Part shown: piece by piece, positions 48,163 to 57,541 of the stretch
Position numbering within the stretch: the stretch's first letter is position 1
Layout: every line of letters starts with the position of its first letter
DNA from: Spirochaetia bacterium
Lineage (GTDB): Bacteria; Spirochaetota; Spirochaetia; SZUA-6; Bin103
DNA length: 64,000 nucleotides
Direction of reading: 5' to 3'
Assembly (NCBI GenBank): GCA_965208575.1
Contig: CBDBOV010000006.1
Span: forward strand, 1,408,001 to 1,472,000
Made by a program: the position numbers and the translations under genes
Notes under the pieces: model-generated
Told to the model about the DNA's origin: nothing
The model's input: only the letters and a program-made list of their open reading frames with translations
The model's database searches: none

Positions 48163-49299
48163 TCAGGCGCCGGTGATGCTCTTGACCATCTCGTTCACCA
48201 TGCCGCCGTCATGCGTGACCAGGCTGCCGGCGATGATCTCGTCGTCGCGGTTCAGGGTGAACGTCTTGCCCTCCGCGTCCCAGAACTCGTCGACGAAGTT
48301 GAACAGGTTGTTGGCGTACATCTGGCTGGCGGAGCTGGCGAGGCGGCCCGGAATGTTGCGGTAGCCGATGATGGTGACGTCGCTGATCACCACGTCCCGG
48401 CCGGGCTCGGAGCCCTCCACGTTGCCGCCCGATTCGACCGCGTAGTCGACCACGATGCTGCCCGGTTTCATGCGCTGCACCATGTCGGCGGTCACCACCA
48501 CCGGCGCCTTGCGCCCGAACAGTTGGGCGGTGGTGATCACGATGTCGGCCTGCGCGCAGCGGTCGGCCATCGCCTCGCGCTGCTTGGCGAGCTGCTCCTC
48601 GGTGAGCGCCTTGGCGTAGCCCTGGGAGGTCTGGCCGGTCTCGCCGAGGTCCACTTTGACGAAGCGTGCGCCGAGCGACTCCACCTGCTCGGCGGTATCG
48701 GGGCGGGTGTCGAACGCCTCCACGCGTGCGCCGAGCCGCTTGGCGGTGGCGATCGCCTGCAGGCCCGCCACGCCGGCGCCGATGATGAACACGCGCGCCG
48801 GCTGCAGGGTGCCGGACGGGGTGACCATCATCGGCAGGATGTGCTTGAGCTGGTCCGCCGCCATCAGCACCATGGCGTAGCCGGCGATGCTGTGCTGCGA
48901 GCTGAGCGCGTCCAGCTTCTGGGCGCGGGTGGAGCGTGGCACCAGCTCCATGCTGAGCGCGCTGACGCCGTGCCCGGCGAGGCTGTCGACCAGCTCGGAT
49001 TCGTTGAACGGGTCCAGGAAGCTGATGTGGATCGCCCCCTGCTTGAGCAGCGCCACCTCCGCGGCCGGCGGCTGGCGGACGCGCAGCACGATGTCCGCCT
49101 CGCCGAGTGCGGCCTCGCGGTCGGCGCGTACCGCGGCGCCCGCCTGCTCGTAGGTTGCATCGGGGTAGAACGCACCGCCGCCTAGGCCGCTCTCCACCGC
49201 GACGGTGGCGCCCAGCTTGACCAGCCGGGCCGCGGTGTCGGGCGTCACGGCGGCGCGCGGCTCGTTCGGATCGGTTTCCTTGGGGGCAAATATGAGCAT
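48163..49299 (-). CDS. pntAA: NAD(P) transhydrogenase alpha subunit, NAD-binding part
   Basis: PKE..EPR, RAQKLDALSS, GAGVAGLQAIATA, ESGGNVEG. Confidence 0.95.
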   Translation of the reverse strand: MLIFAPKETDPNEPRAAVTPDTAARLVKLGATVAVESGLGGGAFYPDATYEQAGAAVRADREAALGEADIVLRVRQPPAAEVALLKQGAIHISFLDPFNESELVDSLAGHGVSALSMELVPRSTRAQKLDALSSQHSIAGYAMVLMAADQLKHILPMMVTPSGTLQPARVFIIGAGVAGLQAIATAKRLGARVEAFDTRPDTAEQVESLGARFVKVDLGETGQTSQGYAKALTEEQLAKQREAMADRCAQADIVITTAQLFGRKAPVVVTADMVQRMKPGSIVVDYAVESGGNVEGSEPGRDVVISDVTIIGYRNIPGRLASSASQMYANNLFNFVDEFWDAEGKTFTLNRDDEIIAGSLVTHDGGMVNEMVKSITGA

Positions 49300-49544
49300 G
49301 CAGGCTCCAGCTACCGCGGGCACATTGGCGCCATCCGGCTGGAGAGGGCACGCTGACGGCAAGCGGGTAGGATGTTCGAGATTAACGCCTAATAGCTGCT
49401 AATATTTCGCCCGAAAGTCAACCTCGGCAGCCCCCGGGCCACGCCGCCGGACCGTCTCGCAGCGCGTGTTTGCGCCGCTTGAGCGTCCGCGTTGCAGGGC
49501 GGCTTTGTTCTTCGGTACAGTCCTGCCAGGAGCACTCACGAACG

Positions 49545-49796
49545 ATGACGGAAGGCAAGGGAGTCAAGGGCAAGGTGGCCGAGTCGATGCCCGCGGTGCT
49601 GGAACTGGAGCCGGGCAGCTACTGGTGGTGCCGCTGCGGGGAGAGCCAAAACCAGCCGTATTGCGATGGATCTCACAAGGGTACGGAATTCGAGCCGCTG
49701 CGGTTCACCATCGAAGAGCAGCGCAACTATGCGCTCTGTCAGTGCAAGCAGACGGACAACGATCCATTCTGCGACGGCACCCACTCCCACCTGTAG
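49545..49796 (+). CDS. CDGSH iron-sulfur domain protein (two CDGSH motifs)
   Basis: WCRCGESQNQPYCDGSH and LCQCKQTDNDPFCDGTH. Confidence 0.93.
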   Translation: MTEGKGVKGKVAESMPAVLELEPGSYWWCRCGESQNQPYCDGSHKGTEFEPLRFTIEEQRNYALCQCKQTDNDPFCDGTHSHL

Positions 49797-49907
49797 CAGC
49801 CGGTGGCGAAACGCCGGCAGCATGCGAGGTGCGACGCCGGGTTCCCACCACGGGCTGCTCGCACCTGACGGCTCCGCCGCCCGGCGCCGGTGCGCCGGCC
49901 TGACCGC

Positions 49908-51494
49908 GTGCAACTGATCGAATCGCACCGCGTGGCGATGGGTCAGGTGTACGGCGGCAGCCGTTTCTACCTGGACTATCTCGCCGGCCGGGCCGACCGC
50001 TACTTCACCCACCCGGCCGGCGATGCCGCCGCGGCGCTGCGCGCCCGGCCGCCGGCGGCCGGCCCGCGTACCGGACTGGCCGGCGTGCTGTGCGACTACC
50101 AGCAGGTCCTGGGGGCGCCGGATGCGGCGCTGGCGGCGGCGCGCGCGCTCGGCGAGGCCGGCACGCTGTGCGTGCACACCGGCCAGCAGGCCGGCTTCAT
50201 GGGCGGGCCCGCGTACACGCTGTACAAGATCGTTACCGCGATCCGGCTCGCCGCGCGCTACCAGGAGCAGTTCGGGCGGCGCTGCGTGCCGGTGTTCTGG
50301 CTCGCCTCCGAGGACCACGACCTCGGCGAGATCAACCACGCCCACTTCCTCGCCGGCGACGGCAACGTCGGCCGGGTGCGCTTCCCGTGGCGGGACGCGG
50401 GCCGGCCGATCAGCGACCTGCCGGTGACGGACGAGGTGCGCGAGGCCGCGCGGCAGTACTTCGACCGCGTCGGCGATGCTCCGTTCGCCGGCTACGCCGC
50501 CGGGCTGTTCGCGCCGCGCGGCGGCGGGTTCGCGCGCTCGATAGCGGCAGCGCTGTCGCGCCTGTTCGGCAGCCACGGACTGGTCGTGCTGGAGCCGCAC
50601 CTGCTGCGGCGCCTGGTGCCGGAGTTCTTCGCACGGGCAATCGCAACGTCCGGCGCGGTGCGGCGCACGCTGCGGGCCGCCGCAGCCGCCCTGACCGAGG
50701 ACGGCTACCCGGTTCCGCTCGATCCGGAGCGTGCCGGAACGCTGTTCCACACCGCCGCCGCCGGCGGGCGGCGCGAACGGCTCGCGGATGGCGCGCCGGC
50801 GCCGCCGGTGAGCCACCTGTCCACCGACGCGGCGCTGCGTCCGGTGCTCGCCGATCTGGCGCTGCCGTCGCTGGCTACCGTGCTCGGCCCCGGCGAGGTG
50901 GCCTACCAGGCGATGCTGCGCGGACTGTACGAGCTGTTCGACGTGCCGCAGCCGCTGGTTGCCGCGCGCAAGGGATACACCCTGGTCGATTCCGCCGCGG
51001 CGGCCGCGCTGGAGCACTATGACCTGGTCCCCACCCAGATCGTCGGACCCGATTTCTCGGTGCGCGCCGCGTTCGGCGCCGCGGTGCCGGCGAGCGAGCG
51101 GTCGCGGTTCGCCGCGGTGCGCGATCGCCTGGCCGAGCTGTGGGCGCCGCTGGAAGGCCACGTGACCGACGTCGATCCCAATCTTGCGCGCACCTGGGAG
51201 CGCAGTCTCGGTCACGCCCGGCTGGCCCTGAATCGCCTGGAGGACCGCACGGCGCGGGCGTTGATGAGCCGGCGCGGCGCCGCCCGCCAGGAGTTGCAGG
51301 CGTTGCGCGGCCTGGTGTGGCCGCGCGGGCGGCTGCAGGAGCGCGTGCTGCCGGTTGCACACTTCGTGAGCCGCTACGGGGCGGAGTTGCCGGCGGCGCT
51401 GCTGGCCGCCTGCGATCCGGACGAGCCGGACCACGAGATCCTGGTATTTCGTGCGCCGGACGGTGGCCGCGGACTGACGTGCGCGGCGGACTGA
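49908..51494 (+). CDS. bshC: Bacillithiol biosynthesis cysteine-adding enzyme BshC
   Basis: TGQQAGFMGGPAYTLYK, PVFWLASEDHD, LGPGEVAY, LQERV. Confidence 0.9.
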   Translation: MQLIESHRVAMGQVYGGSRFYLDYLAGRADRYFTHPAGDAAAALRARPPAAGPRTGLAGVLCDYQQVLGAPDAALAAARALGEAGTLCVHTGQQAGFMGGPAYTLYKIVTAIRLAARYQEQFGRRCVPVFWLASEDHDLGEINHAHFLAGDGNVGRVRFPWRDAGRPISDLPVTDEVREAARQYFDRVGDAPFAGYAAGLFAPRGGGFARSIAAALSRLFGSHGLVVLEPHLLRRLVPEFFARAIATSGAVRRTLRAAAAALTEDGYPVPLDPERAGTLFHTAAAGGRRERLADGAPAPPVSHLSTDAALRPVLADLALPSLATVLGPGEVAYQAMLRGLYELFDVPQPLVAARKGYTLVDSAAAAALEHYDLVPTQIVGPDFSVRAAFGAAVPASERSRFAAVRDRLAELWAPLEGHVTDVDPNLARTWERSLGHARLALNRLEDRTARALMSRRGAARQELQALRGLVWPRGRLQERVLPVAHFVSRYGAELPAALLAACDPDEPDHEILVFRAPDGGRGLTCAAD

Positions 51495-51519
51495 CGTGCG
51501 CGGCGGACTGACGTGCGCG
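51469..51519 (+). repeat. Three perfect tandem copies of 17-bp GCGGACTGACGTGCGCG at the bshC/bshA junction
   Basis: Copies at 51469-51485, 51486-51502, 51503-51519. Confidence 0.95.
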
Positions 51520-52664
51520 TAGGCATCACCTGCTACCCGACCCACGGCGGCAGCGGCGTGTTCGCAACCGAACTGGGCAAGCAGCTTGCCCTGCGCGGCC
51601 ACACCGTCTCGTTCATCAGCTACTCGGCGCCGCTGCGGCTGGTCGACCTGCCGCCGCGGGTCACGTTCCACGAGGTCGAGGCCGGCGAGTACCCGTTGCT
51701 GAAGCAGTATCCCTACACCCTCGCACTGGCCGCCAAGATGGTCGAGGTGGCGACCGCCAACCGCTTGCAGGTTCTGCACGTGCACTACGCCATCCCGTTC
51801 TCGCCGGCCGCGATCCTGGCGCGCCAGATGGCGCCGGAGCTGAGCCTCAGGGTGGTTACCACGCTGCACGGCACCGACACGTCGCTGGTAGGCGCCGCGC
51901 CCTACTTCCACCCGGTGACCCGCTTCTCGATCGCGCAGTCGGACGCGGTCACTACTGTTTCGGAGTATCTGCGCAAGGAGACCGTGGACACGTTTCAGGT
52001 CACCCGTCCGATCGAGGTCATCCCCAACTGCGTGGATCTCGATCACTACCACCACGCCGGCCGCGACGGCGCCAAGAAGCTGCTGCTGCACATCTCCAAT
52101 TTCCGCGAGGTGAAGCGCGCCACCGACGTGATCAGGGTATTCGCCCGCGCCCGCGCCCACGTCGAAGCGCGCCTGGTGCTGGTCGGCGACGGTCCCGACC
52201 TGAGCCGCGCGCTGGCGCTCGCTCGCGAGTTCGCGGTGGCGGACGACGTGGCCACCGTCGGCGTGGTGGACGACGTGGCACCGTTTCTGCAGGCGGCGGA
52301 CCTGTTGCTGTTGCCGAGCGCGTCGGAGAGTTTCGGGCTGGTCGCCCTGGAGGCGATGGCCAGCGGCGTACCGGTGGTGGCGAGCCACGCCGGCGGTCTG
52401 CCGGAGGTGGTGCCGGACGGCGAAGCCGGTTACCTACTGCCGCCGGGGGATGTCGAAGCGATGTCGGCGCGTGTCGTGCAACTGCTCTCGGACGAGGGCC
52501 GGCATGCTCGTTTCGCCGCCGCCGGCCGCCGTCGGGCGGTGCAGTTCGGGTGCGACGAGGTGGTGCCGCGCTTCGAGGCGCTCTACGAGCGCGTGTTGCG
52601 CCAGCCGCCGGCGCCGCCGGTGATGGAGCCGCACGCCGGGGCGCGCGCCGGGCCGCCGGGATGA
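51513..52664 (+). CDS. bshA: N-acetyl-alpha-D-glucosaminyl L-malate synthase (GT4)
   Basis: GITCYPTHGGSGVFATELG, LHVHYAIP, TTLHGTD, HISNFREVKR, ESFGLVALEAMA. Confidence 0.93.
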   Translation: MRVGITCYPTHGGSGVFATELGKQLALRGHTVSFISYSAPLRLVDLPPRVTFHEVEAGEYPLLKQYPYTLALAAKMVEVATANRLQVLHVHYAIPFSPAAILARQMAPELSLRVVTTLHGTDTSLVGAAPYFHPVTRFSIAQSDAVTTVSEYLRKETVDTFQVTRPIEVIPNCVDLDHYHHAGRDGAKKLLLHISNFREVKRATDVIRVFARARAHVEARLVLVGDGPDLSRALALAREFAVADDVATVGVVDDVAPFLQAADLLLLPSASESFGLVALEAMASGVPVVASHAGGLPEVVPDGEAGYLLPPGDVEAMSARVVQLLSDEGRHARFAAAGRRRAVQFGCDEVVPRFEALYERVLRQPPAPPVMEPHAGARAGPPG

Positions 52665-53986
52665 GCAGCCCCCGCCGCCGTTCGTCCGGCGGACGGCCCG
52701 GATCCGAACTGGCAGGCACCCGCGGCGCGGCGGAGGCGGCCACTCCGCGGCAGCGCGCCGAACTGGTGCTGGCGAGCCGCGGCAGCGACCTGGCGCTGGC
52801 GCAGACGCGGCTGGTGGGCGAGGCGCTGGCCGCAGCCCATCCCGGCATCGGCTGGCGAATCCTCACGATCACCACTCGCGGCGACCGGAGCGCCGGCGCC
52901 GGATCCGGCGCCCCGCCACCGTCCGGCGCGGACACGATGCCGGGCAGTTTCCGGAAGGTGCCGGCCACGGCAAGGGAAGAGCGGCTGCCGCGAGCGCCCG
53001 GCGGTTCGGCGGGGACCACCGACGCCGCCGGGAGCGTGCCGTCCCGCGCCGGCCGGGATGCCCGTTCGGGACCGGCCGTTTCGGGACCGGCCGTGCGCCG
53101 AGGTGCGGCGCCGGGTCCGGGTCTGCCGTCGGCCGGCGAGCGGGCGGTCACCGGAAGCGGGCTGGCGGCAATGGCGCGCGTCAGCCCCGGGGTATTCACT
53201 GCCGAGGTGGCGGCGGCGGTGGCGCGTGGGGATGCGGTCGCGGCCGTGCACTCTCTCAAGGATCTGCCGCTGGACGGCCGGGACCGCCTGTACCTGGCCG
53301 CCATCCCGCCGCGCGCGGCGCCCGGTGACGTTCTGGTTGCGGCGGACCGGTGGGTAGATGCCGCCGCGCCCCTGGGGCTGCGCGGCGGAGCCACGGTCGG
53401 CACCAGTTCGCCGCGGCGGGCGGCCCTGCTGCGCACCTTTGCCCCGCAGGCGCGCGTGGTAGAGGCGCGCGGCAACGTGCCGACCCGCCTGCGGCGCTGC
53501 CGCGACGGCAAGCTGGCCGCGGTGGTGCTGGCGCGGGCGGGCCTGGAGCGGCTGGACGCGTCGCTCGCCGGTCTGCGCCTGCTGCCGTTGCCGCCGGAAC
53601 ACTGGCACCCGGCCCCGGGCCAGGGGGCGCTTGCGGTGCAGGCACGCCGCGATGACGCCGCCGCGGACCTGCTGGCCGCGCTCGACCATGCCTCCACGCG
53701 CACCGCGGTGGAGCTGGAGCGCGCCGTGCTGCGCGCCCTCGGAGGCGGCTGCGCGGCGCCATGCGGGGCCTGGGCCCGGAGCGGCGGCGACGGCGACTGG
53801 GAGCTGCACTACGGCATCGCCGCCGCCGACGGCCGCGGCTGGCGGTCGTACCGCCTGCGCGGCACCGCCGCCGGCTGCCGGCGCGCACTCGAGGCGTGGG
53901 CTGCCGGCGGACCGCCGCCAGGCGACGAGGTGCCGGCGGAGGCGGCGCGCGCCGGACTCGGAGCAGTACTATTCGGTACGACATGA
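52661..53986 (+). CDS. hemC: Hydroxymethylbilane synthase with large low-complexity insertion
   Basis: SRGSDLALAQ, TTRGD, AVHSLKDLP, VGTSSPRR, RGNVPTRL, PAPGQGAL, LGGGC. Confidence 0.9.
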   Translation: MSSPRRRSSGGRPGSELAGTRGAAEAATPRQRAELVLASRGSDLALAQTRLVGEALAAAHPGIGWRILTITTRGDRSAGAGSGAPPPSGADTMPGSFRKVPATAREERLPRAPGGSAGTTDAAGSVPSRAGRDARSGPAVSGPAVRRGAAPGPGLPSAGERAVTGSGLAAMARVSPGVFTAEVAAAVARGDAVAAVHSLKDLPLDGRDRLYLAAIPPRAAPGDVLVAADRWVDAAAPLGLRGGATVGTSSPRRAALLRTFAPQARVVEARGNVPTRLRRCRDGKLAAVVLARAGLERLDASLAGLRLLPLPPEHWHPAPGQGALAVQARRDDAAADLLAALDHASTRTAVELERAVLRALGGGCAAPCGAWARSGGDGDWELHYGIAAADGRGWRSYRLRGTAAGCRRALEAWAAGGPPPGDEVPAEAARAGLGAVLFGTT

Positions 53987-55269
53987 ATACAGAATCTGAT
54001 CGAACGCTGACGCGTTCGGAGCGGCTCTACGCGCGCGCACGGGGGCTGATGCCGGGCGGCGTCAACAGCCCGGTGCGGGCGTTCGGTGCGGTCGGCGGCA
54101 CGCCGGTGTTCTTCGCCTCCGCGCGCGGCAGCAAGGTGCGCGACGCGGACGGCCGCGAGTACGTCGACTTCTGCCAGTCGTGGGGGCCGCTGATCCTCGG
54201 CCACGCCGAGCCGGCGGTGGTCGGCGCCGTGCAGCGCGCGGCGGAGCGGGGCCTGTCGTTCGGCGCCTGCCACGCGGCGGAGGCCGACCTCGCGGCGATG
54301 ATCGTGGACGGCTACGAGGGCGCCGAACGGGTGCGGCTGGTGAGCTCCGGCACCGAGGCGGTAATGACCGCCATGCGCATCGCCCGCGGCGCCACCGGGC
54401 GGCCGCTCATCGTCAAGTTCGAAGGCGGCTACCACGGCCATCACGACAGCTTGCTGGTGAAGGCGGGATCGGGCCTCGCCACCACCGGGCTGGCCAGTTC
54501 CGCCGGCGTGCCGGAGCGCATCGCCGGCGCCACGGTGGTGGCCCGCCTGGACGACGAGGAGTCGGTGAGCGCGGTGTTTGCCGCCCACGGCGAGGCGATC
54601 GCCGCGGTCATCGTGGAGCCGGTGCCGGCCAACAACGGGCTCCTGTTGCAGCGCGGCGCATTCCTGGATCACCTGGCCGCGGAGACCCGCCGCGCGGGCG
54701 CGTTGCTGATCGCGGACGAGGTGATCGCCGGGTTCCGCCTGCGCTACGGCGCATCGCCCGCCGCCGCGCGCCTGCAGCCCGACCTGGTGACGCTCGGCAA
54801 GATCATCGGCGGGGGCATGCCGATCGGCGCGGTCGCCGGGCGTGCCGGGCTGCTGGAGCAACTCGCCCCGGTCGGCGCGGTGTACCAGGCGGGCACCCTG
54901 AGCGGCAACCCGCTGTCGGTCGCGGCCGGCGTCGCCACGCTGGATGCCCTGACCGACCGCGCCCGCTACGCCGAGCTGGAACGGCTGGGCGCCGCCGTCG
55001 AGCAGGCGCTGCGCGCCGCCGCCCCGCCCGGCCTGCAACTGGTGCGCAGCGGATCGATGCTGTGGCCCTACTACGGATCCGGCCGCCCGCGCGCCGCGCA
55101 CCAGGTCGCCGACGCCGCGATCGAGCGTTTCAACCGCGCCTACGACGGCTTCCTGGAGCGCGGCCTGTACCTGCCGCCGTCCGGCTACGAGGTGGGCTTC
55201 CTGTCCACCGCCCACACGGCGGACGAGTGCCGGATGCTGGCCGACGCGCTGCTCGCAGCCACAGCGTAG
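53983..55269 (+). CDS. hemL: Glutamate-1-semialdehyde 2,1-aminomutase
   Basis: MPGGVNSPVRAF, SWGPLILGH, SSGTEA, GKIIGGGMP, YQAGTLSGNP. Confidence 0.96.
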   Translation: MNTESDRTLTRSERLYARARGLMPGGVNSPVRAFGAVGGTPVFFASARGSKVRDADGREYVDFCQSWGPLILGHAEPAVVGAVQRAAERGLSFGACHAAEADLAAMIVDGYEGAERVRLVSSGTEAVMTAMRIARGATGRPLIVKFEGGYHGHHDSLLVKAGSGLATTGLASSAGVPERIAGATVVARLDDEESVSAVFAAHGEAIAAVIVEPVPANNGLLLQRGAFLDHLAAETRRAGALLIADEVIAGFRLRYGASPAAARLQPDLVTLGKIIGGGMPIGAVAGRAGLLEQLAPVGAVYQAGTLSGNPLSVAAGVATLDALTDRARYAELERLGAAVEQALRAAAPPGLQLVRSGSMLWPYYGSGRPRAAHQVADAAIERFNRAYDGFLERGLYLPPSGYEVGFLSTAHTADECRMLADALLAATA

Positions 55270-55422
55270 GACCCTCCACCCGCGGCGGCGTGTGGCGCCG
55301 GCGCCACCCGAACCCGGCGGGTGGCAAGGCAACGCGCCCCGCGACAGCCGGGGCGCGGCCATTCGCCATGTCCCGGCCGCAGGCGCGAGTTGCGTTCGCC
55401 GGCGGAGGGTGCGCCGACCGGG

Positions 55423-56253
55423 TTACCGGGCGGCGCCCGCCGCTTGCGGCGCGGCCGCCGGCGCGGCCTCGGGGGCGGGTGTATGCGCCGTGAACACCGT
55501 GCGCCGGTCCGGGTCGTGGATCAGCGTGGACAGCGGCAGGCGGCCGTTGCCGACGATTACCTCGATGCCGCGCGCGGTCATGCGTTCGGCGGCCACCACC
55601 TTGGAGTACATGCCGCCGAGCCCGACCGGCGACGGGCCGCCCCAGGCCAACGCCTTCACCTCGTCGGTGACCGCCGCCACGAGCGGTACCAGGGTGTCCG
55701 AGTGGCCGCCGTTGCCGTCGCCGCGGCGGCGCATCAATCCGTCCACGTTGGTCAGCAGCAGCGCCTGGTCGACGTGCAGCCGCTCGGCGACCAGGGCGGC
55801 GAGAATGTCGTTGTCGGTAAAGTGGCCGCGGTGTTCCAGCTCTTCCTTGTTGACCACGTCGTTCTCGTTGATGATCGGTACGATGCCGCGCTCCAGGTAC
55901 GCCTCCAGCAGCCGGCTTACCGTGCGCTCCTCGCCCGGCGAGGCGAAGTTGTGGTGGGTCAGCAGCAGTTGCGCGGTCTGCCGGCCGTAGTAGCCCAGGT
56001 AGTCGCGGTAGTACTTCATCAGCCGGGTCTGGCCGATGCCGGCGAGCAGTTGCAGTTCCAGCGTCTCGCTCGGGCGCTCGCGGTGCTCGGTGACCTCCAT
56101 GCCGGCGGCCACCGCGCCGGAGCTGACCAGCACGATGCGGTCGCCGGCGTCCATCAGCGCGGCGATCTCCGTGCACTTGGACACCAGGAACACGTGATCG
56201 AGCCGCCCGGACGGGCTGATCAGGGCGCTGCCGATCTTGATCAGCCGGGTCAC
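55423..56253 (-). CDS. proB: Glutamate 5-kinase (short form, no PUA domain)
   Basis: IKIGS, VSSGAVAAG, PIINEND, DNDILA, GGMYSK; GTG overlaps the proA stop. Confidence 0.92.
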   Translation of the reverse strand: MTRLIKIGSALISPSGRLDHVFLVSKCTEIAALMDAGDRIVLVSSGAVAAGMEVTEHRERPSETLELQLLAGIGQTRLMKYYRDYLGYYGRQTAQLLLTHHNFASPGEERTVSRLLEAYLERGIVPIINENDVVNKEELEHRGHFTDNDILAALVAERLHVDQALLLTNVDGLMRRRGDGNGGHSDTLVPLVAAVTDEVKALAWGGPSPVGLGGMYSKVVAAERMTARGIEVIVGNGRLPLSTLIHDPDRRTVFTAHTPAPEAAPAAAPQAAGAAR

Positions 56254-57530
56254 GTGACCAGCTCCTCGAACTGGTAGGAGCGGGCGCCGCTCTCGTAGTC
56301 GGCCACCACCTGGCCCGACCCGCGCACCTGGTACTTGTAGGTGACCAGCCCGTCCAGCCCCACCGGGCCGCGGGCGTGCACGCGGTTGGTGGAGATGCCC
56401 ACCTCGGCGCCCATGCCGAACCGAAAGCCGTCCGCAAAGCGGGTGGAGGCGTTCCACAGCACGGTGGCCGAATCGACCCGGGCCAGGAAGCTCTCGGCCG
56501 CCGCCGCGTCGGCGGTGACGATGGTGTCGGTGTGGTGGCTGCCGTGCGCGTTGATGAACTCGACCGCTTCGTCCAGGCCGCCGACCACCTTGATGGCCAG
56601 CACCAGGTCCAGGTACTCGGTATCCCAGTCGGCGTCGCTGCACGGCGCCGCTTCGATGAGCGCGCGCGCGGCCGCGTCGCCGCGCAGCTCGACGCCGGCA
56701 TCCCGCAACGCGGCCGCCGCCGCCGGCAGGAAGCGCGGCGCGATCGCCTCGTGCACGAGCAGCGTCTCGGCCGCGTTGCACACCGCCGGATACTGGGTCT
56801 TGGCGTCGCGGATGATGCGCGCGGCCATCGCGGCGTCGGCGCCGGCGTCGACGTACACGTGGCAGATGCCGTCGGCGTGACCCATCACCGGGATACGCGT
56901 GGCGTCCTTGATGGCGCGCACCAGTTCGTTGCTGCCGCGCGGGATGATCAGGTCGACCAGGTCGTCGAGGGCGAGCAGCGACTGGATCTCGGCGCGCGTC
57001 TCGGCCAGGTGCAGGGCGCCGGCGAGCGCCGCATCCTCGCGCAGCGCCGCGTCGATGGCGTCGAACAGCGCGGCATTGGTGCGGCTCGCCTCCGAGCCAC
57101 CCTTGAGGATGGCGGCGTTGCCCGACTTCAGGCACAGCGTGGCGATCTGTACCAGCGCGTCGGGGCGCGATTCAAACACAATGCCCAGAACGCCGATCGG
57201 CACCGCGATCCGGGTCAGCACGAAGTCGTGGTCCAGGCGCCGCCGCCACTGGATCTCGCCGGCCGGGTCGGGCAGCGCGATCAGTTGCCGCACCCCCTCC
57301 ACCACGCCGGTGAACTTCTTCTCCAGGCCGAGCCGCTGGATCAGCGGCGCCGCCACGCCGGCGCCGGCCGCGTGCTCCAGGTCCTCCCGGTTGGCGGCCA
57401 GGATCGTCTCGCGCCGCGCCTCCAGGCTGGCGGCGATGCGCTCCAGGGCGGCGTTCTTGGCCGCCGTCGAGGCGGTGGCCAGCCGCCGGCTGGCGATGCG
57501 GGCCGCCTCGGCCATCTCGCGTACCGTCAT
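56250..57530 (-). CDS. proA: Gamma-glutamyl phosphate reductase
   Basis: VPIGVLGIVFESRP, KSGNAAILKGG, CNAAETLL, NASTRFADG, HARGPVGL. Confidence 0.96.
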   Translation of the reverse strand: MTVREMAEAARIASRRLATASTAAKNAALERIAASLEARRETILAANREDLEHAAGAGVAAPLIQRLGLEKKFTGVVEGVRQLIALPDPAGEIQWRRRLDHDFVLTRIAVPIGVLGIVFESRPDALVQIATLCLKSGNAAILKGGSEASRTNAALFDAIDAALREDAALAGALHLAETRAEIQSLLALDDLVDLIIPRGSNELVRAIKDATRIPVMGHADGICHVYVDAGADAAMAARIIRDAKTQYPAVCNAAETLLVHEAIAPRFLPAAAAALRDAGVELRGDAAARALIEAAPCSDADWDTEYLDLVLAIKVVGGLDEAVEFINAHGSHHTDTIVTADAAAAESFLARVDSATVLWNASTRFADGFRFGMGAEVGISTNRVHARGPVGLDGLVTYKYQVRGSGQVVADYESGARSYQFEELVT

Positions 57531-57541
57531 GCTCCTCGTTT

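Noticed and set aside
49380-49421. AT-rich patch between divergent pntAA and CDGSH genes as a defined regulator site
   Set aside because: Probably a promoter region (TTGACT on the minus strand, CTAATA direct repeat), but no recognisable -10 or known operator could be assigned.
49536-52388. Long antisense or alternate-frame ORFs (e.g. 49536-52388, 26778-29087, 18473-20647, 58659-60944)
   Set aside because: Shadow ORFs expected in very GC-rich DNA opposite well-supported genes; no recognisable motifs.
52885-53170. Intein in hemC
   Set aside because: No intein splice-junction motifs such as a terminal His-Asn; the sequence is low complexity.
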